NCBI GenBank assembly: GCA_951406725.2
Contig: OX597827.1
Coordinates: 22,258,001 to 22,322,000, forward strand
DNA: 64,000 nucleotides
Direction: 5' to 3'
Origin: Octopus vulgaris
Taxonomy: Eukaryota
Below the pieces are notes generated by a model. The model saw only the letters and a program-made list of their open reading frames with translations. It ran no database searches and was not told the origin of the DNA. A program made the translations under genes and the position numbers. Shown here piece by piece: positions 25,725 through 39,360 of this stretch. The stretch's first letter is position 1, and every line of letters begins with the position of its first letter.

Positions 25725-26069
25725 GGATCTTTTCGGTTTGAACGGCAGTTTTTAACATAATTTCTAGGTAACTAAAAAATTTTAAACTTCGTATACTGGT
25801 AGAATGTGTTTATAAAACATCTTTTTCTCTTGGCTTTATTGAGAAAATTCTATAGTTTGTAAGATATTTGTTGTTGTTTTTCTTCAATTTCTGCAATTTC
25901 AACCAATCAATGACCGTCTATTCAGGTAAAAAAACATTCTGTGCCGTATGAATATGTCCCTCGTTTAAGAAACAGATTGGGTTTATTTACATTTGTGAAG
26001 AAAAAAAGGATACCCTTCCCCCACCCCTAACACCGCTAGAAAAAACTGCCGTTCAAACCGAAAAGATCC
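25725..26069. mobile_element. MITE with ~29-bp TIRs and 8-bp TSD (internally deleted copy)
   Basis: TIR GGATCTTTTCGGTTTGAACGGCAGTTTTT at both ends; perfect TSD GAGATAAT (25717-25724 and 26070-26077). Confidence 0.9.
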
Positions 26070-26278
26070 GAGATAATGGTGTCATTGAGACCCAAAGGTG
26101 TCAGGTAATGTTGAATAAATGCTATAGACAGACCATAGTTAAGTTCCAGATTCGGTAATATTGCGAATAAAGGGTTCAACGTTGGTTTTATGTCAGCGTG
26201 TGTATATATGAATTTTTTTGCGTAATGAGATAAAAAAAACCAAGGCTGTATAGATATTAGAGCATTTATAGATAGAAG

Positions 26279-26330
26279 GTCTTACAGCTGTTTCTAGGAT
26301 ATTAATTAATAATATCCCTTCATCGGAGAC
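26279..26330 (-). ncRNA. Type-I hammerhead ribozyme motif
   Basis: Minus strand GTCT-CCGATGA-AGGGATATT(ATTAATT)AATATCCT-A-GAAA-CAGCTG-TA-AGAC: stems I and II, palindromic stem III, GUA cleavage triplet; one core change (CUGA to CCGA). Confidence 0.75.
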
Positions 26331-26964
26331 GGTGTGAGAGGAAAATTTAAGTCATAGTTAGTTTCGATGTGATATAAATAGAGAGTATTTACACGTATAT
26401 GTAGCGGGAGGGTGCATGTGCAGAAGCGTGTATGTTTGTGTGTGTGTGCATGCGCCTGCGTATGTTTGTGAGTTGATATTTTCATGTGCTTCAAATAGGG
26501 AGTCCCTGTTCTATGAGGGAGGCTGGCTTCTTATGTGTTCGTTACTTTTTCTGATGATCAGCTAAGTTGATGCGTCGAGAGAGACAACAACACTTTATTC
26601 ATGTTCGAATTTCACGAGTCTCTCAGCTCTTTAAGCTACAAATCTGGTAGAGACGTTTAGAGGAGCAATTATTGTCTACGAGGAGATGTGCCACTCTGTA
26701 GTTCCAATGTAAGAAGAGTAAATTCTTATGCAACTTCACACCAGTGTTGCGGCACGAAATACCAAACCAATATTGTCAACAACCCCGGACTATAGTGGAG
26801 TGGTGGTTATGGATATAAGGAATGAAGGGTAGTCTAGGGGCTGAGGGGCTGCGGTTGGGGAAGTAGGACTCGATGCTTTAAGCCAGCCATGTTCGTGAAT
26901 TGAAGAAACAGGGAACACCATTCCCTACTTATCCCTCTTCGTTTCCATCACTACCTAACATCAT

Positions 26965-27120
26965 ATTTGATCAATAAATGGACGACCTGTCAGATCAATA
27001 ACCTATTTGATCAATGACCTACCGATTTGATCAATAATCTATCTATCTGATCACTGACATACCTATCTCATCAATGACCTACCTACTTGATCATTGACCA
27101 ATCGATCTGATCAATGGCTT
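26965..27120. repeat. Degenerate ~20-bp minisatellite (TGATCAATGACCTACCTATT-like)
   Basis: About 7-8 diverged tandem units, each anchored on (T)GATCA. Confidence 0.75.
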
Positions 27121-27695
27121 TAACTATACATTTATCTGAGCCAAGCTCTTCTACGTCACACTCTTTTTAACTCCTCTGTGCGGCACCCTTCCAAGACACA
27201 TTCTTCTGCGTCACACTCTACTGTATCAATTCCTCCATACCACACACTAATGCGTGACACATCTGTGTGTATCAGAGTGTGACACATCTGTGTCACACTA
27301 TCACGTCAGTTTCTTTTACTTTACAATATGCTGTGTCACGTTTTGCATGTCACATCCTTATTTGTCACATAATTTGTTGGTCACCCTCTTTCACATCACA
27401 ACCTTCAATGTCACACTCTCCTACATCACACACTCCCATTGCAATCACAATCCTGTTCCACATACACCTCCTCTGCTCCATACTTTTCTCTGACACATTT
27501 TTATATACCATATTCTTCTGCAACTTTTCTGCTTCACAAACTTCTATAGTACACTCTTCTCTGGAATATTCATCCATAAACTACACTCTTCTTGGGACAC
27601 AGTCTCCTATTTCACATTAGTCTATTCCCCTCACGTCTATACAATACATCATCCACGGCCCAGTCGTGCATTTACACGCATATTATCTATAAAGG

Positions 27696-28175
27696 GAATT
27701 TCTTCTCTCGAGATAACTTGAGCCGCATATTGTCTTTCCATGTCCGCATGTTACGCGAACAGGTTACACAAAACGTTACACGACTGTATTTCATTCAACG
27801 CTGCTCAGGGTACATTTAGTTCATTTTTCCCTGTTTGACAAAGATTTTTACAAATAAGCAAATGTACTGTTTGCTATTCTAATATAAGAGTGACCGGTTC
27901 TTAGTGAACAAGAACGATGGCTGTAGCTGCGTCTTACGGCTCGATCACACCATTCATACCTAGGGGTGCATTTCGTGAAGAATTTCTTCTCTCGAGTCAA
28001 CTTGAACAACGTATTGTCATTCCATGGTCGAATGTACACGAACATGATGAAAATGTGACTGTCCACAAATAGGATTTACTCAACGCTGTTTAGTGCGCCC
28101 CTAAGTAATTTATTCCAGCCTGACAAAGCTTTTCGTAAATCAGCAAATGTACCATTCGCTATTCTAATAAAAGAC
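27696..28175 (-). mobile_element. Tandemly duplicated (~285-bp period) ancient RTE-like LINE fragment
   Basis: GAATTTCTTCTCTCGAG...GCTATTCTAAT appears twice; the minus frame RIANGTFADLRKALS... resembles an RT C-terminus. Confidence 0.55.
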
Positions 28176-28940
28176 CGTAAGTCACATTCGTTTCTAAGAT
28201 GTTAACAATTCCTGTGCTGTCTTTTGTGACTCAGACAAAAGAAAAAAAATGCCTTTGTTTGATGACTTTTTTTCGCATTATATCTGCATATCCTTTTTTC
28301 ACGAGTGTAGGGCATGTATGGTGTCTCTTTAATGCTGGTAGTGATTTGTGGGTTTTTTCTTTACTGTAGACACAAGCATGGCTCTGTGGGAAGAAGTTTT
28401 GTAGATGCAATTTTTTTTTAATAAAGCACTCCGAAATCAGAAAAGTCAAAAAATCCGCAACAATCTCGGTCCCATGAGTATCGGATAATGGGTTTTCAAC
28501 AGTGTAAAGAAACTGATTGTGGTGACTGTAGTTTTGATGGTGATTGTGGTGAGAGGAGAGACAGTGTTGATGATGACGATGGTCGAGATAAGTATGGGAA
28601 GAGGATAAAATAGTATCGGTGGTTAAAATGGCGACAGGAGCGGTGTGATGTCTGATGCTGAGGTGATGGTGGTAATAGTGGCGTCGATGATAGTGTTAGT
28701 TATGTGATGGTGGTATTGCAGTGGTTATACTGGTTGTGGTAGTGAAAGTGACTGTCAAGGTAACCGTCATGATAACATTGATGGCGGTGTATGTGGTTGA
28801 AGTGGAAGCAATGACAATGTTTCTGATGATGTTGGTGGTGGTGGTGGTCGTCGTCGTAGAGCTTTTCTAGTTTATTAATACTACGAGCACAGAGAAGTCG
28901 CCCTGTTTTTGTTATTGTTGGTGGTATTATTGTAATTTTA

Positions 28941-30219
28941 TGAGGTGGCATCAAAGAGTTCCCCAACAAGCTATGTTTAAAAAAAAAATTATTTACCGAA
29001 CCTTTAACATCCTCTCCTTCGAAAAAGTCACCTTGCGTAGCAATACGCCGGTCCCAGCATCCCTGCCACTTTTGGAATCCGGCCTGGAAGTCGTGGGCCT
29101 TCTGCGATTCGCTCTTGATCTCGCCGAGAGCGATGTTAAAACGGCGATCTTTCAGCTGCATTTTCGTCTTAGGGGAAGAGATGGAGATTGGCAGGAGCTA
29201 AATCTGGAGAATGGCGCGAGGAACACAAGAGTGAGGCGAGCTCGGTGACAGGGTGCATTGTCGTCGTGAAGAATCCAGACGGTAGGATTGCTTGCACGGA
29301 CCCCAATGACAGAACCAAATAACCCCTTTGACAGACCCAAATGACCCCTATGACAGACACAAATGACCCATATGACACACATATGGCCCCTATGACAGAC
29401 CTTTATGACCCCTTTGACAGACCCCTATGACTCCTATGAGAGACCCAAATGACCCCTATGACAGACACAAATTACCCATATGACAGACCCATATGGCCCA
29501 TATGACAGACCCATATGACCCCTTTGACAAAACCCTATGATCCCTATAAGAGACCCATATGATCCCTATGACAGACACAAATGACCCCTATGACAGACAC
29601 AAACGACCCATATAACAGACCCATATGACCCCTATGACAGACCCATAGGCCCCTATGACAGACCCCTATGATCCCTATGACAGACCCAAATGACCCCTAT
29701 GACAGACCCTTATGACCCCTATAACAGACCCATATGACCCCTATAACAGACTAACAACATCAGCAATGTCGCTGATTGTCCTCCGACGATCCTCATGCAC
29801 AAACTGACGAATTTTCTCCGCATTCCCGGAAGTGACCTCCGTGACAGGTCTTCCAGGGACGTTCTTCCACTTTTGAAGCGCGCCAGTGTCACTCAAAACA
29901 TTGCGTATGACCCTTGGCCCCGTCGCCGTAAGCTTACCGAAGCATGCTCCATGTCTATGTAGGAAACTCCCCAAGTTTAACGCAAAATTTCACGTTGACT
30001 CTTTGTTCCAACTTCTTGTCCATGACAAAAATTGCAGACTACAGCATCCACAGATGATCACAAAAACACAAATTTCACAACTTATCAAGTAAAGACACTG
30101 ATGTCACTCGGCACACTGCCTCACGAAGGTCGCTGCTAGCTCTTACTTCGCACACAACCTTGTGCTGTCATCTGTTGGCGCGCTACAGAACTAGTTCGGG
30201 AACTTTTTACAGCACCTCG
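28941..30219 (-). mobile_element. Mariner-type DNA transposon relic with internal minisatellite
   Basis: TIRs (T/C)GAGGTG..AAA(G/A)AGTTCCC..AAC with TA TSD; transposase remnants GRP...DRRRTISDIADVV, WILHDDNAPCH, HSPDLAP. Confidence 0.9.
29300..29750. repeat. Minisatellite (ATGACCCCTATGACAGACCC-like, ~20-21 bp)
   Basis: About 20 diverged tandem units inside the mariner. Confidence 0.9.
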
Positions 30220-30441
30220 TAACTCGAATGTTTATGCTTTCGTCCCCGGAACCTGACAACTTGATTGGTTGAATGAAATGTACATCGTTTACCCAGAGTA
30301 TTCACAAGAATCCAACAGGAATTAATCGTATTCCACCCTAATGAAGCGCCCACGCTTATATAAAATGGTATTTTTATATAAGCTTAAAGTTTATGGCGAT
30401 CACCGTGCAATGACTAAGGAAAATAGTCTAATAAAGGGGTA

Positions 30442-30488
<47 letters not shown>

Positions 30489-30762
30489 AGTTGAAACATT
30501 CCTGTCACAACATGGGACCTTGAAGACTGCTTAAATGCAAGAAAGTAAGCTAGTCCCTTAATATTTTATATTCAATATTTCATCTATTCAACACTTCATT
30601 TCATTTTACTATATATACTATTTATACTATATATTCAATATTCTACATTAATATTATAAAGAATATAAATAAAACATAAAAAAAACAGAGTTGGAATTCC
30701 TTTGAATAATATTGATCTATTTATTTACGATCGAACGCCAAACATCCTTGTACACAGTAAGT

Positions 30763-30805
<43 letters not shown>

Positions 30806-30811
30806 TACATA

Positions 30812-31683
30812 CAGGATGCGATGAGTAAATGTTTTCCATTTTATATTTTTTTAATTGCGCATTGTTTATTTTTGATTTTATTAACGACACAGTATAGTAG
30901 GGTCAGTTGAGCACCGTCTGTGAGAAAAAACAGCATGATGACGCAATTCACTCTACCAGAAATTTGGAAATGACATGCTGTACTACTGCTTGGCATACGC
31001 GCTGGAAGTTCCAATATGAACATTTCAAAGTGTTTGGGTGTCAATCTGAGGACCTGTACTGAGAGTGATAAAAATCAAACATCCAGTCAACATCGTGGTG
31101 TTTGGAGTGATCACTAGTGATGGCAATGTTATGCCTCCATTCATCTTCCCACACGGCCTCACACTCAACACGGAGGCCTACATCAAGTGCCTGGGGGAGG
31201 TAATGCTGTCCTGGGTCAAGAGGGTGGCTGCTGGAAGACCTTATGTTTGGCAACAGGACCCTGCACCATGTCACACAAGCAAGAGAACCCAGTCATGGCT
31301 GTCAGACAATTTCTACGAGCATACCACCCCTAACATCTTGTCACGTAACTCTCCAGACTGCAACCCCCTTGATTATTATGTGTGGGGTGCAGTTGAGTGA
31401 GAGACCAACAAAACTCCTTGTATCACCAAGGATGAACTGAAGGCAAGGATTATGGCAGCATTGACCAACTGAAACAAGGAGACCATCCAGAAGAGTAGCA
31501 GAAGATTCTGAAAACGTTTGGAGGCTGTGGTTGAAGTCATTGGCGATTTTATGGAATAAGTTTACTCTTTTAGTATTTTAAGATATTTTTATGTAATTTT
31601 GGTAAATATATCTGTTAAAGTGAGATGTCAGTGTTATTTTCATTTTTGCATAATTTAGACAACAGTTTATTCACCGCACCCTG
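30812..31683 (+). mobile_element. maT (DD37D) Tc1/mariner element, internally deleted
   Basis: TIRs CAGG(A/G)TGCG(A/G)TGA(G/A)TAAA with TA TSD; WQQDPAPCH...NSPDCNPLDYYVW has 37 residues between the last two catalytic Asp. Confidence 0.85.
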
Positions 31684-33300
<1,617 letters not shown>

Positions 33301-33382
33301 TATTATTGAGTGAGAGAGTAGTGCATGCCATTTATTATTATTATTATAATACGCGCGCGCGCGCACACACACACACATATAT

Positions 33383-33431
<49 letters not shown>

Positions 33432-33699
33432 TTTGCTTTCATTCTCTTCCTGATTATTCGCCGTCCAGCTTTGTGTTGAAAATAACATTGAATCTCTCAG
33501 ATCTTCAAACTCTAAGGACACCTCACCATTAAACGCCAACGTCACATTCCACACCATCACACCTTCCACCCCCGACTCACACCTCTCTTTACCACTGCAC
33601 CACAATTATTACCATCACCGCCACCAACACACACACAAACACATACACACACAAACACATACACACAAACACACAAACACACCCACACGCGCGCACACC

Positions 33700-33745
<46 letters not shown>

Positions 33746-35316
33746 ACAGCATGAATACTGCACACTAGCGCCATACACACCATACGCCGTCAACGTCAGC
33801 TCAGTCCACCCTGCACTCTACTCAACATTTCACCACCACCACCTCCACCACCATTATCTTCATCACCACCACAACTACCATCACCTCCCATACCATCATC
33901 ATTTTCAACACCACCGCCACAAACACTTGCATCACTACCACCACCACCACCACCACCACCCCAACATCAACATCATTGCTACCCCTCAGCCGCATATGCA
34001 CCCGACCAACATCAATCCCCTAACCCTGCCATCACCAGCGCTAACACCATCGCCAAACCATCCCACCACATGTAATCCATCACCACCACCACCATCATCA
34101 TCATCACCACCACCAAGAAAAGCTCTTACCCCTACCAACTCCCTTTTCTTCTACAAATCCAGTCCCATCTTCTTTCTTCAAGTGAAACCCTATCTATGTT
34201 ATATTAAATGAAGCCCCTAACAAACCATGAAACCCTGTATAACAAACAAAATTAATAACCGCTGCTCGGGGCTCCCTTTGCTGCCATCTTGGATGAAGCT
34301 TTCTTATTTCGGTTATTTTCGTTTACTGTTCTTATTTGACCGCGCATTATTGATTTCTGTTTGACAGAAATAAATCCTAACTTTCGCCATCTTTTTTTTT
34401 TCTTGGTTTAGGCTGAAATATAACGTCGTGGTGCTCATTCCTTTCCCGAAATATCAAGTATGGTGGAGATAGATTTTATAACAATGATTGACTCGCATTT
34501 TACGGTGAAAGTACGGCTGATGCAATCGACCTTAGATAATTACTGGTACGTTACCTCATCTACTCTGCGATAATGAAAGATAAAGTTTAAATTTGACGAT
34601 GTTTCAGATGACGTCATAACACAAAAGCTTTACGACACACAGATGGCTGTGTAGCACATTATATAAGGTCCTTGAGATTGTGATTTAATAGGTTGTCATT
34701 CGGGTAGATACAGTGGTGAGTTATTCTATAAGAACTCGAGTTGAGGCGTCTGTGTAAGTTTATGTGTATTAGAGTAAGAAATCTTCGAATAGTTTCGGTT
34801 TGCAATGATACCATTTCGTCTGTTGATATTTTAATCTACCCTTGTCCTGCGTGTTGTTTTGACCAATCAAAAACCAGTAGTTTGTGGAGGTAATTGTCCT
34901 ATAAAAGTGCAATAAAATCTATTCTCCTTCTTTTATGTTTGATAAAGACAAGTTTCCTTTTGCTTCTTGTGTTTTTGTCTTTTTTGTTCTGGCAACAACC
35001 CCGCGACACACGAGTTACTTTGCTCATATTTCGTTTTCCCTTGATAGCAGTTAACTTCTGTTTTTGCATAACCTCTACAGGGTTTCGGCCGGAATATAAT
35101 GTTTACGTTCAACTGATAGCTTTTAGTTTGATAACATTTATCCGTTGGTATACATTTTACTTCACAGCGCAAATTATTGCATTAACATAAAAACAGGAAT
35201 TCTATATCTAACGTGCATTTTCACACCACGACTTGTAGCAGCTGTGTTAGTTTAAATCACTAGGAACATCCGTCGTCATCTATTTTATGTGTAAGTAAAT
35301 AAAAAATTATCTATCT

Positions 35317-35372
<56 letters not shown>

Positions 35373-36023
35373 ATACATACATACATACACACAAATATAT
35401 ATATATGTGTGTGTGTGTAACTAATTGCAGTTGTTATATTTGGGTATTTCCTATTTGTTCAAAATTTTATGGTACTTATGTTCTCGAGGGAAATGTCTGA
35501 TTTGAAATCGCATGATGCTTATAACTACAGAAATAATGATAATAAATATTACACAGTGTTCTCAATTCCTGTTTCATTTGATTTCAGCGTTGTTGTTTAC
35601 CGACTTAGTTAATTAGTGCATTTGTCAGGCCCAAACTTTATACTGATATGAGGGGCAGATCGTGTTCCCTTTTTCATTAATTGAAATGCCCACGCGTGAA
35701 GTATACTATCATGCCACTTTAAAAAAAAAAATATTTTGTCCAGGTTGTGTGTAAGTTATTCCGTGTCTCCCTGCAATCTTCTAACATTATGCTGTTTATC
35801 AGTAGCTACTTTTTATAGCCATACGAGTCTTCCAGTAACCTTTTGACCCTTGAGTTAGAATGTTATTTCTGTCCAGCTTCTTATATATCTTCTTACTCAA
35901 GTTGTTGATAGGATTTTGTAGAAATTAGAAAGGTATATGGCTAGTCAATGCTTTTTTAGCGCCACCTACCTCAATATTTTTAGCTAGGAATATTATTTTC
36001 ATCAGCCATTCGAGTTCCATTGG

Positions 36024-36444
36024 GGATCTTTTCGGTTTGAATGGCAGTTTTTAACATAATTTCTAGGTAACTAAAAAATTTTAAACTTCGTATACTGGTA
36101 GAATGTGTTTATAAAACATCTTTTTCTCTTGGCTTTATTGAGAAAATTCTATAGTTTGTAAGATATTTTATGTTTTTTTTTCTTCAATTTCTGCAATTTC
36201 AACCAATCAGTGATGTCTATTGAGGTAAACAACATTCAGTGCCGTATGAATATGTCCCTCGTTTAAGAAACAGATTGGGTTTATTTACATTTGTGAAGAA
36301 AAAAAAGATACCCTTCCCCCCACCCCTAACCCTAACCCTAAAACAGATTGAAATGCAATAGATCGATACTAGGGTCATAATTATGGGTGACAATTTCATA
36401 TGACACCGCTAGAAAAAAAACTGCCGTTCAAACCGAAAAGATCC
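36024..36444. mobile_element. MITE, longer copy of the 25725 family, with internal (CCCTAA)3
   Basis: Same TIRs; near-perfect 8-bp TSD TCCATTGG/TACATTGG. Confidence 0.9.
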
Positions 36445-37334
36445 TACATTGGTTATATTCTGATGAAGTTACGCGTGTGTTTCAACCAAAAACTTGCGAT
36501 TTTGTCAACTCCAGTTCCTTTATATTCCCCGCTGTGATGTCTTCCTCTGCTTGTTATCTCGCAACATTTAATGTTTTGCTCACTTGGTTAATAAGACATT
36601 TGTTTAACGGCGTCTCTGTATTTCTCGTATCTTCTCCAAAATGTCATTACATTTTATCTGCTTCGTAGATCTTCTTGTATTGTCTTGTCATCTATGTAAT
36701 TTCGCTCACAGTCTTCGCTTATCTTCTCAAAGCATTTTATATTGTTAGAATTATTGAATTCATTCCCCACGTCTGTGTATTATTCACAACTGTCGAATTA
36801 ATCTTTCGCGATTTTACAGACTAGTTTATTTTCAATTTTAAGATTTCTGTGTAATACTGCTTTTTTTTTGGGGGGGGGTTACATTTTTCTTTCCATTTTC
36901 ATCTCAATTATTCCGGGTATATATTTCCTTTTGCGATTCATCTCCCGCTGGATGTTTTTTTTTTCTTTCTAAGCAACATAGTATTCTGCACATTAGCCTC
37001 TCCCTTGGTTTGATGCCCCGCATCCTTTCCTACTCTAGACACAAGGCCCGAAATTTTGGGGGAGGGGGGGCCAATCGATTAGATCGACGCCAGTACGCAA
37101 CTGGTATTTAATTTATCGACTTCTAAAAGGATGAAAGGTAAAGTCGACCTCGGCGGAATTTGAACTGAGAACATAAAGCCAGGCGAAACACCGTTAAACC
37201 GCACTGAATACAGGAATGGAGTGTGGCAACTTCTTCTGAACCTGGGTTATACGTTGAGCTTCACAGCACATATACATTCTATATGTATGTTATTATACGG
37301 CATAAAAATGTGTGTGAGTGAGTGACTATACACA

Positions 37335-38268
37335 TACACACACGCGCGCGCGCGCGCAGAAAGTAAATAGACACCTTTAATTTTCAAAATTTCTTATCTA
37401 AGTATCTTAATATGTTTTCAGCGGTGTAGAATTTACAAAGTAATTATTCTTTTTCATTCCAAGTGCCATTATATTAAACATCTGCGAAGAGTAACCATGT
37501 CACGCACAAAAAATTCAATAGAACTGTCAGATTTTCAAAGAGGTCGTATTGTCGGGCAATCTGAGACTGGTCTTAGCCAGTGAAAAATTGCCGAAAATCT
37601 TCAAACTCCTCTTGCTACCGTTAATAGAATTATAGTACAATTCAAAAGCCAAAGAAAAGAATCAACGGATTCTCGTTCCGGCCGACCTGAGCCCTCGGAA
37701 AGGAAGCTTTGTTGTTTGAAGAGAATTGTCGTTCTGAGCTAATCGAATGTGTTGGAACCATAAACTCTGAAAAATACATCGAAATACTTAAGCAAGGACT
37801 ACTTCCGATGTATTCACACGATAACATAACGAAAAAGGAATTTTTATTCATGGAAGATGGGGCTCCATTCCACACAAAGGAAAGGAATCAACAATGGTTG
37901 ACTGAAAATGGGATCAAAAAACTTCCCTTCCTTAGTCAAGCCAATCTCCTGACATGAACCCAACTGAAAATCTTTGGAGCATACTAGATAGAGCTGTACG
38001 AAAAACTCGACAGAAACCTAAATCTAAAGATGAATTGCTTCGATTGTTGCGTGAAAAGTGGGCAGAAATTCCAGAAGAGACAATCACAAAGCTCATCAGT
38101 TCAATGCCAAAAAGAGTTTCTGAATTAAAATCTGCAAAGGGAATGTCAACTAAATACTAAAGTATGTAGTCCTACCTATCGATTACATTTCAATTGTTTG
38201 CTTTGCATATTAAATAAAAGATTTTGAAAATTAAAGGTGTCTATTTACTTCCTGCATGTGTGTGTGTA
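37335..38268 (+). mobile_element. Tc1-like (DD34E) transposon, internally deleted
   Basis: TIRs GCAG(A/G)AAGTAAATAGACACCTTTAATTTTCAAAAT; N-terminal ELSDFQRGRIVG, then MEDGAPFH...SPDMNPTENLW...SMPKRV...KGMSTKY. Confidence 0.9.
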
Positions 38269-38372
38269 TTTATATATAATAATAATAATAATATTAGGTG
38301 GTTCCTCTCTAATTTACATACATACATATATATATACATACATACATATATACATACATATATATACATACA

Positions 38373-38408
<36 letters not shown>

Positions 38409-38416
38409 TATATATA

Positions 38417-38575
38417 GTGAGAATTTACAAAAAAACAAAAGACGAAGACGGGTGTGTGAACAACAAACAGATGTATTAGTTTAACGGTCGGGAAGTGAGA
38501 AAATCTTTTACGTTTCGAGCCTATGCTCTTCAACAGAAAGGAACACAAAAATAAACAGAGATAGAAAATAGAGAG
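38417..38575 (-). mobile_element. Short hammerhead-bearing Penelope-type repeat ending in (TA)n
   Basis: Minus strand CTTT-CTGTTGA-A-GAGC(ATAG)GCTC-GAAA-CG-TA-AAAG at 38505-38540. Confidence 0.7.
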
Positions 38576-38604
38576 TTTTTGAAGTGATGTACAGATATTG
38601 TATA

Positions 38605-38995
38605 TTTATTTCTTTATTGCCCACAGGGGGCTAAACATAGAGGGGACACACAAAGGGATTAAGTCGATACATCAACATCAGTACGTAACTGGTACTTATT
38701 TAATCGATCACGAAAGGATGAAAAGCAACCTCGGTGGAATTTGAAATCAGAGCGTAACAGCAGACGAAATACCTATTTCTTTACTACCCACGAGGGGCTA
38801 CACACAGAGGGGACAAACAAGGACAAACGGATTAAGTCGATTATATCGACCCCAGTGCGTAACTGGTACTTAATTTATCGACCCCGAAAGGATGAAAGGC
38901 AAAGTCGACCTAAGCGAAATTTGAACTCAGAACGTAGCGGCAGACGAAATACCGCTAAGCATTTCGCCCGGCGTGCTAACGTTTCTGCCAGCTCG
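38605..38995 (-). mobile_element. Tandem dimer of SINE family A
   Basis: Two head-to-tail copies, the left one 5'-truncated. Confidence 0.85.
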
Positions 38996-39104
38996 TATTT
39001 TGAGAATAACAAGGTTGCCAGAAATGTCGGTTGATTATATATATTTTTGTAAAAATGTAAATAAAAATATACACAACATTCTGACTACCTTGTTATCCCC
39101 AATA

Positions 39105-39138
<34 letters not shown>

Positions 39139-39144
39139 CATATA

Positions 39145-39360
39145 TGTGTGACCGCGTGTGTACCGTTGGCGATTTGTTTCTCTCCGTCTTCCCTTCCTTG
39201 GATCTTTCCTTTTCCTGTGTTTCTGACGAAGAGCTCCGCTCGAAACGTTAAATCCTCCTTCTTTCTTTCCTTTCTTGAGCGTCCAATAACACTATACTTG
39301 TTCCACGTCCTCGCGTTGTTGTGTTTTCTCTTTGTGTTTTCATTTTTGGATTAACTTAAT
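39145..39360 (+). mobile_element. Short hammerhead-bearing repeat flanked by (TA)n
   Basis: TTT-CTGACGA-A-GAGC(TCC)GCTC-GAAA-CG-TT-AAA at 39220-39252; intact core. Confidence 0.75.

Noticed and set aside
29300-29750. CRISPR-like repeat array
   Set aside because: Units are contiguous tandem repeats without unique spacers, in a eukaryotic transposon context.
36323-36340. Telomere or telomerase template
   Set aside because: Only three units, internal to a MITE.
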